The notes under the pieces were generated by a model, which did not search any database, was not told the DNA's origin, and worked only from the letters and a program-made list of their open reading frames with translations. A program made the position numbers and the translations under genes. From an uncultured Spirochaetota bacterium (GTDB lineage Bacteria; Spirochaetota; Spirochaetia; SZUA-6; Fen-1364), in the NCBI GenBank assembly GCA_963734545.1, contig CAVTHO010000003.1, positions 384,001-448,000 on the forward strand: 64,000 nt of DNA, written 5' to 3'. Below, in pieces: positions 42,748-51,730 of this stretch. Position 1 is the first letter of the stretch, and each line of letters starts with the position of its first letter.

Positions 42748-42806
42748 GACACCAGTTCTGCGTGGAATATGGGAAAAAATCAAGTGTTGTTTGAAAAAAA
42801 ATCGGC

Positions 42807-43583
42807 TCACGGGCGTTCCGCCGCATCACCGAGAAGTTTTCCCAGCAGCTCACGCCGGTTGCGCACGTTGAGCTTGGTGTAGATGTGACCGATGTGCGTT
42901 TCCGCGGTGCGAGGGCTGATCACGAGCATGCTTGCGATCTCCTCGGGGCGCATCCTTCGGCAGAGGAGAGAAGCGATCTCGGCCTCCCGTTTGCTCAGAA
43001 GGTCGCACTCGGCGGCCAGCTCCGCGGCCAGGAAATGGTCCGCGGTGAGCCGTTCGAGCCTCCTGAAGGAATTGACGAAATTGACCAGGTGGGGGCGCAG
43101 GGCGAGCAGGATGGCCACTTCCCTCGGTCTGAGACCTCTTGCGCCCGTCCGGGTGACGATGAGGCTGATTCCGCCCTGGCCCTCCGGGTCCAGCACCGGA
43201 ATACCCGCGGACATGTCGATCTTCATGAGCTTCCCAATGAAGTCGCGCACGAACCCACTGTCCGCGAATTCCCTGTTCTTCCAATGAAACTCGAAATACT
43301 CCGTCGACGGGCCCGTGCGAAGGCGCGCCACATCCTCGTAGAAGTAGCGGTCCCTGTATGCGCGGAGTGCCTTCTCGGGGGCGCCGTTGTTCACGAGGGA
43401 GACCGCCGCGTCGCCCCGTGGTGATACCACATCTGCGATGCAGGCGACGGACTGGTCGCACGAGATGAGGGCAGGGATCTCACGAACGGCGCAGCTCAAC
43501 AGGTCATGAAGATCTGCTTGTTGACCGCACGCGCTCACGAAGTCCCACATCTTCAGCCATGGCAGTGGTGCCGGTCGTGCCAT
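42807..43583 (-). CDS. LuxR-family HTH transcriptional regulator
   Basis: C-terminal LSKREAEIA...EIASMLVISPRTAETHIGHIYTKL; N-terminal sensor-like domain. Confidence 0.92.
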   Translation of the reverse strand: MARPAPLPWLKMWDFVSACGQQADLHDLLSCAVREIPALISCDQSVACIADVVSPRGDAAVSLVNNGAPEKALRAYRDRYFYEDVARLRTGPSTEYFEFHWKNREFADSGFVRDFIGKLMKIDMSAGIPVLDPEGQGGISLIVTRTGARGLRPREVAILLALRPHLVNFVNSFRRLERLTADHFLAAELAAECDLLSKREAEIASLLCRRMRPEEIASMLVISPRTAETHIGHIYTKLNVRNRRELLGKLLGDAAERP

Positions 43584-43758
43584 TCTCGCTTCCTTCCATA
43601 GTGTAGCACCGGAAACCCCTGCCCGCAATTACGTATGCTTGTACGGACGTTTTATTTGCCGGAGCGTGCAATGATTTGTTTCATCTAAAAGGACATCCCA
43701 TAAAGTCCAGGGAGGCTGAGGGGCGCGACTGGAGAGTCGTATGCTCCTCAGCCCCTCT

Positions 43759-44496
43759 CTAGAGCGTCCTGTTCGTATGCCCAATGGCGCTCCGCGTGGC
43801 ACGCGAGAGCGCATGGAATGCGGAGGCGTTCAGCCGGTCGCACGCCCAGTTCCAGTGGATCGACACAATCTCACCTGGACGGAAATCGTCGAGGTACCCG
43901 CGGCCGTCGATCTGGCGCAGGATCCTCACGGGCACAGGCCGCCCGAGGGCGAGCTTTGCTCCTGCCATGACAAGGGGGGACCGTTCGACGATCATTTCCG
44001 CCCCCTCGACACATTTGACCCGGCCCCAGCTTATCCGGCACTGGTCCATGCGCTCCAGCGCGATCGTCGCCCGCTCGTCGCGCAGGAGGCCGGCGCGGCG
44101 GTACACCTCGAAGACGTGGAAGTTGTGATGGGGTTTTGTCCCGTCGGAAAGCCCGGCCGTCATCCACGAAAAGGAGCGGGCGTCCATGCGCGGTCGAAAG
44201 CGTGCGCGGAGCGATTCATACAACAGGGATGCGCCGACACGTTCCAGGAAGGCATTGCCTATCCAGTACGCTTCCACGACCCGGGGGTCGAATGGATCGC
44301 TCTGCCCGTTCGCCTCCGCGATCAGTCTCAGGTAGGGATAGGCACCCTCGAACTTCTGCGCGAGCTGCCTCAGCCCAGGGTCCACACGTTCCTCTGTGAG
44401 GTAGCCGAAGAGTCCTTCATGATCCGGTGAGCCGCAGTAGCCTAGACGGTTCGGCGGGAAGGCATACCGGGAAAAAAGGAGAAGCCCGGAGATCAC
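43759..44496 (-). CDS. DUF6390-like protein
   Basis: SRYAFPPNRLGYCG, VVEAYWIGN, PHHNFHV, CRISWG, VSIHW. Confidence 0.75.
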   Translation of the reverse strand: MISGLLLFSRYAFPPNRLGYCGSPDHEGLFGYLTEERVDPGLRQLAQKFEGAYPYLRLIAEANGQSDPFDPRVVEAYWIGNAFLERVGASLLYESLRARFRPRMDARSFSWMTAGLSDGTKPHHNFHVFEVYRRAGLLRDERATIALERMDQCRISWGRVKCVEGAEMIVERSPLVMAGAKLALGRPVPVRILRQIDGRGYLDDFRPGEIVSIHWNWACDRLNASAFHALSRATRSAIGHTNRTL

Positions 44497-45428
44497 CGCG
44501 CATCCCTCCGGCCCGGAGCGCGGAGCGCGTTCTGCTCCTGCCGGCGCCCCAGGATGAAAATCGTGAGGACCGCCAGCAGGGCGAGGGAAAGCCCCAGCCA
44601 GCGCCAGGGCGGGATTGCGACCTGTCGGGAGATGATGACCAGCGCGGTCGTGATGATCGGGGAGCCCGCGGGGATGGCGGTCGTGGCGGTTGCCGATGCG
44701 TGACGAAGGCCGAGCACCGACGTGACGCTGAAGGCAAGCAGGATGAGGCCGGTGATGCACACAAATCCCCACTGGAGAAGGGAAAGCTGCCCGATTGCCC
44801 CCGCTCTTCCCGTCGCGGCAACGAAAAGGAAGAGAAGCAGGGAGCCGAAAGTCATCTTGAACGTCATCACGGTCAGCGCTGCCACGGAGCGCAGCAGGTA
44901 TTTCATGAGCACGAAGTCCGCGGCCCAGAGGAGCGTGGCCGCCGCGACAAAGGGCAGTCCCGCATCCAGCCGCACCGCGCCGGCCCCAATGCCGAGGGTC
45001 AGACCCGCGAGCAGCACCCCGAGGGCCGCCCAGATCGCGGGACTGAAACGCTCCCCGAGCAAGAGGGCGGCGAAAAGGGCCACGAAGAGGAACTGCGTGT
45101 GGTCGACCAGTGAGGCGGTGACGGGAGTCGTGAGCTGCAAACCGCGAAAATACAGCGCATAGGAGACGCTCCCACCGATCAGGGCTACCACGATCAGGAG
45201 CAGCCATTCGCGCGCGCCGAGCCGTCGCCAGTCCGCGCGGCTCCTGCCGGAGAACACGAAAGGCAGCAGGAGGGCGAGGCCGACGACCGAGTTCTTCAGC
45301 GCCGTGTAGAGCGTCGAATCGCTGAACATCCTGACGCCGATGCTGTTGACGTAGATCGCCACACCGCTGATCACCATGTTGAGCGCTGCGAGGCTGTAGC
45401 CCAGGCGGGGATCCGCTGCGCTTCTCAT
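44493..45428 (-). CDS. DMT/EamA family transporter
   Basis: About 10 TM helices in two EamA repeats; LLLGERF. Confidence 0.88.
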   Translation of the reverse strand: MRSAADPRLGYSLAALNMVISGVAIYVNSIGVRMFSDSTLYTALKNSVVGLALLLPFVFSGRSRADWRRLGAREWLLLIVVALIGGSVSYALYFRGLQLTTPVTASLVDHTQFLFVALFAALLLGERFSPAIWAALGVLLAGLTLGIGAGAVRLDAGLPFVAAATLLWAADFVLMKYLLRSVAALTVMTFKMTFGSLLLFLFVAATGRAGAIGQLSLLQWGFVCITGLILLAFSVTSVLGLRHASATATTAIPAGSPIITTALVIISRQVAIPPWRWLGLSLALLAVLTIFILGRRQEQNALRAPGRRDAR

Positions 45429-45435
45429 CGCTTTC

Positions 45436-46461
45436 CTAGTCCTTCCAGTTCTTGAACCGGGTATTCCGCTCCGCGACGTTTTTTCCCAGTACGGGATGCA
45501 GCGAAAGATCAGGGGAGTAATGGCTTGCGGCGGCGCGGCGGCCCAGCGCTTCCGCCATGGACCGCACATGGTGCGGGGCACCGCCGCAGCAGATGCCGAT
45601 GTAGTTGGCGCCGACTTTTTTCGCCGTGACGGCAAACTCCGCCATCTCGAAACGGCTGCACGCGAAAGGATCGAGCGCAAGCGGAAATGCCCGGTTCCCC
45701 GATGCGTCCCTCAGGGACTGAAAGGTGGGCTGCGCCGCGGTGGTATGATAAGGGACGGGCTGCACGGCCACGTAGCAGGCGACCGCGGACCTGACCTGAT
45801 CCAGCAGGGGGAGGAGTGTTTCCGGCCCGCGCGAGCAATTCAGGCCGACAATATCGCAGCCGTGCGCCTCGAGAGTCCTGCAGGCCGCGTCGAACTCGTG
45901 CCCGTCGATGGTCCTGTCATCCGTGGATGCGAGCGTGATCATGGAAGGCAGCTTGAACTCCTGGATCACCTCCAGCGCGATCAAGGCCTCCCCGAGATAG
46001 TCATTGGTCTCCGAGATGATGAAATCCGCGCCTTCCTCCGCCGCCCACGCGACCTGTTCGCGGTACATCTCCCGCACGACGCGCCCCGATTCTTCGGCAT
46101 GGCGCGGGTCGTACACCCATGTATTGCAGATATTTCCGGCAACCAGGGCATCTCCCTCATCGGCGACCTCGCGAGCCAGTCGCATTGCCTGCCGATTGAG
46201 CTTCTCCAGGTCGGCCTCACGGCCGACGGTGCGCATCTTCTCCTTGTGCGCGTAGTAGGTGAAGGCCACCATGACCTCCGCGCCCGCCCGCAGGAACTCG
46301 CGGTGCAGCTCCCTGACCGCGTCCGGGAAATCGAGCACCGCTTCCGGCACATACGGTCCTGCCTTCAGGTAGCCGCGCCGCTCGAGCTCGAACAGATAGC
46401 CTTCCGCGCCCAGTACAACGCCGTCCTTCAAACGTTCGAGGATGCCTCTTTTCATGCCCAC
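45436..46461 (-). CDS. Homocysteine S-methyltransferase (BHMT-like)
   Basis: ELERRGY, LHREFLRAGA, Zn ligands GLNC and GICCG. Confidence 0.9.
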   Translation of the reverse strand: MGMKRGILERLKDGVVLGAEGYLFELERRGYLKAGPYVPEAVLDFPDAVRELHREFLRAGAEVMVAFTYYAHKEKMRTVGREADLEKLNRQAMRLAREVADEGDALVAGNICNTWVYDPRHAEESGRVVREMYREQVAWAAEEGADFIISETNDYLGEALIALEVIQEFKLPSMITLASTDDRTIDGHEFDAACRTLEAHGCDIVGLNCSRGPETLLPLLDQVRSAVACYVAVQPVPYHTTAAQPTFQSLRDASGNRAFPLALDPFACSRFEMAEFAVTAKKVGANYIGICCGGAPHHVRSMAEALGRRAAASHYSPDLSLHPVLGKNVAERNTRFKNWKD

Positions 46462-46491
46462 GGACCTCCGCTTCCTGCCCAGGTTCCTGGT

Positions 46492-47694
46492 CTAATGTAT
46501 GTCCGCGGGCCTGCCGACGTCGACATGAAGCGCGGGCCGCCGCGCCGCCGTTGCGGAGACGAACCGGTCCACGCCAAGGCCTGTCAGGTCGTATTCCGTT
46601 CTGCCCGACAGGGCAAGCTGCGCCATTATTTCACCCACCAGCGGAGCGAACTTGTAGCCGTGACCCGCCATGTTGGCCATGGCGATGTCGGGATGGCGCG
46701 GATGCAGGGAGAGCACGAAGTGCTCATCCGGTGGAAAGTCGTAGAGGCAGGCCTGGGCGTTCAGAACCTCACCGTTCGCGCCGGGGATGAACTCCGTGAC
46801 CCAGTCGCGGACCCGGCGGGTCGTGTCCTCGCGCGGGAGCATGTCGTATCGGGCCACGTCGATGTAGTGATTGGAATGATGCACGGCGACCTTGATCCCC
46901 GGATTGCGGAAGGTCGGGAAGCCGTACATCCCTCCCATCGGGTCCCGCTCGTGTCGGACGATAAAGACGGGGAACCGGTCCGGCAGGTACAGCTCGGGGC
47001 GATCCACCTTGAACCAGATGGACTGGTTCAGCTCGATCGTGTAGGGCACATCCAGTCCCACCTGCGTGAGCAGGCCCCTGGCGTACGGTCCCGCGGTAAT
47101 GACAAGCTTGTCGCACGTGTATATGGCCCTTGTCGTGCGCACTTCCGCGCCGTGCGCGAGGGGCCTGATCTGGAGAACCGGCTCCTCGTCCTGAAGGAGT
47201 GCGCCGTGCGTGCGCGCCTGCTCCGCCTGGGCGCGCAGGCAGTCGTCGATGGCCAGGAAGCCGTTGAGCGGGCAGAATGCCAGCACGAAATCGGCGCGCA
47301 GGCGGAATTGCGGATAGCGCGTCGCCGCTTCGGCCGGGCCCATCACCTCGATGGGCACGTTCAGCTCGCGGCTGATGCGGATGATTGCCTGCAGCGCGGG
47401 ATCGCTCTCCGGTCCGATCTCGACGCCCCCGCACAGGTACAGGAGCTTCTGCCCGGCGTCCGCTTCGAGCTCTTCCCAGAGCCGATAGGCGTGCGGCATC
47501 AGGCGCGTATACAGCTCATCATCGTAGGTGCGGCGGATGATGCGATGTTCCGAGTGGGAGCTGCCGCGATGATGAAAGAAAGGGAATTGCTCCAGGACCC
47601 GGACGTCGGTGCCGCCCTTTGCCAATCGCCAGGCCGTGGCGAGTCCCATGCCCCCGCCGCCCACCACGATGACGGTGCTGTGTCCGCCGCCCAT
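46492..47694 (-). CDS. solA: Monomeric sarcosine oxidase / N-methyltryptophan oxidase family
   Basis: VVGGGGMG, GSSHSEHRIIR, ACLY (covalent FAD Cys), GHGYKFAP. Confidence 0.85.
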   Translation of the reverse strand: MGGGHSTVIVVGGGGMGLATAWRLAKGGTDVRVLEQFPFFHHRGSSHSEHRIIRRTYDDELYTRLMPHAYRLWEELEADAGQKLLYLCGGVEIGPESDPALQAIIRISRELNVPIEVMGPAEAATRYPQFRLRADFVLAFCPLNGFLAIDDCLRAQAEQARTHGALLQDEEPVLQIRPLAHGAEVRTTRAIYTCDKLVITAGPYARGLLTQVGLDVPYTIELNQSIWFKVDRPELYLPDRFPVFIVRHERDPMGGMYGFPTFRNPGIKVAVHHSNHYIDVARYDMLPREDTTRRVRDWVTEFIPGANGEVLNAQACLYDFPPDEHFVLSLHPRHPDIAMANMAGHGYKFAPLVGEIMAQLALSGRTEYDLTGLGVDRFVSATAARRPALHVDVGRPADIH

Positions 47695-47697
47695 CCG

Positions 47698-48078
47698 CTA
47701 CTTCGCTTCCTTCTCCTCTTCCAGGTAGAAGCGCAGGATGGTGTTTCCGATCAGGATGCGGTCCCCGTACTGGAGGCGTGTTTTTTCCTGGAGCTTTCGA
47801 GAGTTGAGGTACGTGGAGTTAGTCGAGCTCAAATCCTCAAGCCAGTAGTCGCCTTTCTCATCGACCGCCAGGCGGCAGTGGTGCCGGCTCAGGAGCGGAT
47901 CATCGATGACGCAGTCGCTGTCCTTCTGGCGTCCCAGCACGAGCACCGGTTGATCGATGACGAAGGTGGTCCCGAAATCAGCGCGGGAGAGGATGACCAG
48001 GAGCGCTTTCTTTCCCAAAGCGGCCGAGTATTTGAACTTTGCGGGCTGGCTGCCGATCCGCGTCTTGTCGTCTTTCAA
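47698..48078 (-). CDS. FHA domain protein
   Basis: LGR, SRHH and DLSSTNSTYLN FHA motifs. Confidence 0.9.
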   Translation of the reverse strand: MKDDKTRIGSQPAKFKYSAALGKKALLVILSRADFGTTFVIDQPVLVLGRQKDSDCVIDDPLLSRHHCRLAVDEKGDYWLEDLSSTNSTYLNSRKLQEKTRLQYGDRILIGNTILRFYLEEEKEAK

Positions 48079-48087
48079 GTGCGACAG

Positions 48088-48116
48088 AGAATAGGGAAGG
48101 ACGGGATTTTCGTCAA
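48088..48116 (-). promoter_or_regulatory. sigma70 promoter TTGACG-17-TATTCT for the FHA-solA-BHMT operon
   Basis: Hexamers with a 17-nt spacer; TTG start 9 nt downstream. Confidence 0.6.
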
Positions 48117-48177
48117 TACGCGCTCGGACCCGCCTTTCTTGACTCCGCCAATGACAAAGCAGTAACTATAATATGGT

Positions 48178-49203
48178 ATGGCCAAGCTCCTGCAGGAGAT
48201 TGAGTGGGGGAGTCCGCTTTTTGCGGGTGACACAGGCACGGGATATCCTGACCTGGGCAGGCTCAGTCCGTGGATCGACGCCACCATGGCATGGTTTTCC
48301 GAGCCGATGAAATTCAGTTACGCAAGCGCCCCCCACATGGGGATCGCCTATTTCGTTACAAGCCAGGAGAACGCTTGCCGTTACTGCTATGGGGTGGCCC
48401 GGGCCACGATGCAGATATGGGGGTACAGCGAAAGACAGATCAGTGACCTGGAGCAACAGGCATCGCTGGCGGACGGCATCACCCGGAGGGTGGTGGAGTT
48501 TGCCCGTAAGCTGGCCAAGTCGAATCCATCGCCGGCACGCGAGGACCGTGAAGCGCTGATAGCAGGAGGGCTGAATCCGGAGGCTGCTCCCGAGATAGCC
48601 GCCTGTGTCGTAGAGGCCTGTTTTGCCAATCGAATCGCCACGTTCCTTGCCCTGCCCCCCAACCTTGCCGTAGAGAGAATCCCCGCGAGCCTTATGGGAA
48701 GGCTGAGGTTGCCGTTCATCAGAAAGAGACTGATTCCGAAAAAAGCGGCACCCCCCCAGGATTTCCGCAATGAGGGCCTTTGCGCGCCCATCATCGCCGC
48801 GGCAGGGAGGACGCATCTGGCCGCGTGGCTGCGGAGTGTCACCGACGGCTGCATGAGCTCCCCCGTGATTCCAAGAAGGAGCAAGGGCCTGATGCTGGCC
48901 GTGATTGCCCGGCAGCTTGACTCCACGCTGTGCGAGGAGGAAACCAGGGAGAGCCTGGCCGTCGATGGAGTGCCCCGTGCGGATATCCAGGCTATTCTCT
49001 CCACGCTGACCTCGTCTGCCATGAATGGAGTCGAGGAACGACTGCTCCGCTGGACCAGGGAGACTGTCTGGTACGAACCGCGGATCATCCAGAACAGCAC
49101 GAAACGGCTCCTCCAGGAAGTGGGGCCGGAGATCGCCCTCGAGGCCATCGGGACAGCCGCACTGTGCAACACGCTGGCCCGGCTTTCTCTCGTAAGGCAG
49201 TGA
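48178..49203 (+). CDS. Tandem AhpD/carboxymuconolactone decarboxylase-like protein
   Basis: TSQENACRYC (AhpD CxxC); second degenerate repeat VIARQLDSTLC. Confidence 0.75.
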   Translation: MAKLLQEIEWGSPLFAGDTGTGYPDLGRLSPWIDATMAWFSEPMKFSYASAPHMGIAYFVTSQENACRYCYGVARATMQIWGYSERQISDLEQQASLADGITRRVVEFARKLAKSNPSPAREDREALIAGGLNPEAAPEIAACVVEACFANRIATFLALPPNLAVERIPASLMGRLRLPFIRKRLIPKKAAPPQDFRNEGLCAPIIAAAGRTHLAAWLRSVTDGCMSSPVIPRRSKGLMLAVIARQLDSTLCEEETRESLAVDGVPRADIQAILSTLTSSAMNGVEERLLRWTRETVWYEPRIIQNSTKRLLQEVGPEIALEAIGTAALCNTLARLSLVRQ

Positions 49204-49974
49204 GTCCCCTGCTCGTCCCCTTTGGCTTTCTGCTCGCTCTGGCGGCGGCGCTCGCGCTGATCGCTTTCTACCTGTACCGGGAGCGGGACCTCCTGAAACG
49301 GCGTGTTGATCAGAGCTCCCGTGAGCTTGAAAGGCTGCAGAGGTCATTCGCCCGTTTCGCGCCTGCCGTGCTTGTGGAGAGGATCGTCGACAAGGGCATG
49401 CAGGAGAGCGGAGAACGGCGCGAGGTGACCGTCATGTTCGCCGACATCCGCGGTTTCACACGCATGAGCGAAAAGCTGGATCCGGCGATCGTCGTCGAGA
49501 TGCTGAACGGCTATTTCGAGCCGGATGTCGGGGGTGATTCGGGAACATCACGGCCACGTGACCCGCATGATGGGGGATGGCATCATGAGCGTGTTCGGCG
49601 CCCTGGAGCCGAATCCGTGGCACGCGCAGGACGCGGTGGAGGCTGCGATCGGCATGCGCCGGGCCCTCGCGGAATACAACGAGAAGCTGAGGGTGCGCGG
49701 GTTTCCCGAGCTCGGCTTCGGCATCGGCATCCATTGCGGACCTGTCGTGGCAGGGCTCGTGGGCAGCGATGAACTGCTCGAGTTCACCGTCATGGGCGAC
49801 GTGGTGAACGTGGCCTCGCGAATCGAGGCTTTGACCCGCGAGCTCGACGCCGACATCCTGGTGACGGATGACGTGAGGAGCCGGCTCAACAATCGCTTCG
49901 TGACGAGCGCAATGCCGCCGGCCCGCATCCGGGGAAAGACGGACCCGATCCTCACCTGGACAGTCAACAGTTGA
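49200..49974 (+). CDS. Small membrane-anchored class III adenylate/guanylate cyclase; frameshift near 49520
   Basis: One TM helix; FADIRGFT, MGDG, GIHCG, GDVVNVASRIE. Confidence 0.88.
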
Positions 49975-50077
49975 GTCCGCGTCACGTTGAGATGGACTAT
50001 GTCCCTTCCTGTTACTATTTTTGACTGAAATACTCAGGTTTGCGCGCGCATGGGACATCAAGTATGGAGAGAGAAAG

Positions 50078-51730
50078 ATGGCCAAACCCGTCATCCTCGC
50101 GGTAGACGACGAAGAGCAGGTCCTCAACGCCGTCGAACGGGACCTCCGCGGCAGGTTCGCGTCGGAATACCGAATCGCAAAAGCCCTTTCAGGAGAGGAC
50201 GCGCTGAAAGCGGCCCGGGAGATCAAGAGACGCGGCGGGGCGCTCGCCCTGTTCCTCGTCGATCAACGGATGCCGGTGATGAGCGGCACCGAGCTCCTGG
50301 CACAGGCCATCGAGATCTTCCCGGGGGCAAAGCGAGTCCTGCTCACCGCTTATGCCGACACACAGGCCGCGATCACGAGCATCAACACGCTGGGCCTCGA
50401 TCACTACCTCATGAAGCCGTGGGACCCTCCCGAGAAGGAGTTGTTCCCCGTCCTGGAAGATCTGCTCAGCGACTGGGCCGCCTCGAACCGTCCTCCCTTC
50501 GAAGGGATCCGGGTCCTCGGCACCACCTGGTCGGCAAAGAGCCACGGCGTGAAGGACTTCCTCTCCCGCAACCAGATTCCCTACCTCTGGATGGACGTCG
50601 AGAAAGATGAGGACGCGCAGCAGCTCTTGAAGGCGCTCAACGGTCCGCAGCGCCTTCCCGCGGTGCTTTTTTCCGACGGCCGGGTTCTTTCAGATCCCGG
50701 AATGCACGAGCTGGCAAAGGAGTGCGGTCTCCGGACGAGCGCCGCGCGGCCTTTCTATGACCTGATCATCAGCGGCGGCGGCCCCGCCGGCCTGGCCGCG
50801 GCGGTTTATGCGGCCTCCGAAGGGCTGCGGACGGTGCTCGTCGAGAAGGAGGCCACGGGCGGGCAGGCGGGCACGAGCTCCCTGATCGAGAACTATCTCG
50901 GTTTTCCCAGGGGCCTGAGCGGCGGCGACCTGGCACGCCGGGCCACGATCCAGGCAAAACGCTTCGGAGTGGAGATCGTGAGCGGAGAGGTCATCGGAGT
51001 GCGCGTGGAGGATCCGTATCGCTACGCGCGCCTCGCGGACGGCACCGAGATAAGCTGTCACGCCCTTTTGATCGCAACCGGGGTATCCGTGCAAAAGCTC
51101 GACCTGGAGGGGGCGGACCGGCTGACAGGAGCCGGCATCTACTACGGCGCCGCGGTGAGCGAGGCGGTGAGCTACAAGGGCCAGGACGTGATGGTCGTGG
51201 GCGGGGCCAACTCCGCGGGCCAGAGTGCCGTCTTTCTCTCCCGCCATGCGCGGACGGTGTTCCTCGTGGCAAGGGGAGCGCTGGAGGCGGGCATGTCTTC
51301 CTACCTTGTCGACCAGATCAGGTCGACGGAAAACATCCAGGTCCTCCTGGGCGCCGAAGTCACCAGGGTGAGCGGAGAGTCGCGCCTTGAATGCGTGACG
51401 GTTACGGAAAAGGTCGGCGGCGCATCACGCTCAATTCCGGTGGGAGCCATGTTCGTCTTTGTCGGCGCGGCAGCCCACACGGACATGCTCGACGGTGTCA
51501 TTGAAAGGGACTCCTCTGGTTTCATATTGACCGGCAGGGACACCGGCGCGAACGGAGTGCGGCCGAAGAGCTGGAACCTCAAGCGGGACCCGTACCTTCT
51601 GGAGACAACCGTGCCCGGCATATTCGCGGCAGGGGACGTGCGGCACATGTCCGTCAAACGGGTCGGCTCCGCAGTCGGAGAAGGCGCCATCGCCGTTGCG
51701 CTGATCCATCAATACCTCAAGACCGTATGA
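50078..51730 (+). CDS. Response-regulator receiver fused to thioredoxin-reductase-like FAD oxidoreductase
   Basis: REC AVDD..DQRMP..KPW; glutaredoxin-like middle region; GGGPAG, GGANSA, FAAGDVR. Confidence 0.92.
   Translation: MAKPVILAVDDEEQVLNAVERDLRGRFASEYRIAKALSGEDALKAAREIKRRGGALALFLVDQRMPVMSGTELLAQAIEIFPGAKRVLLTAYADTQAAITSINTLGLDHYLMKPWDPPEKELFPVLEDLLSDWAASNRPPFEGIRVLGTTWSAKSHGVKDFLSRNQIPYLWMDVEKDEDAQQLLKALNGPQRLPAVLFSDGRVLSDPGMHELAKECGLRTSAARPFYDLIISGGGPAGLAAAVYAASEGLRTVLVEKEATGGQAGTSSLIENYLGFPRGLSGGDLARRATIQAKRFGVEIVSGEVIGVRVEDPYRYARLADGTEISCHALLIATGVSVQKLDLEGADRLTGAGIYYGAAVSEAVSYKGQDVMVVGGANSAGQSAVFLSRHARTVFLVARGALEAGMSSYLVDQIRSTENIQVLLGAEVTRVSGESRLECVTVTEKVGGASRSIPVGAMFVFVGAAAHTDMLDGVIERDSSGFILTGRDTGANGVRPKSWNLKRDPYLLETTVPGIFAAGDVRHMSVKRVGSAVGEGAIAVALIHQYLKTV

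Noticed and set aside
50162-50173. TCGG-AATA-CCGA mini-hairpin resembling the repeat family
   Set aside because: The stem is only 4 bp, lies within a normal-length receiver domain, and has no foot or insertion signature; likely chance.
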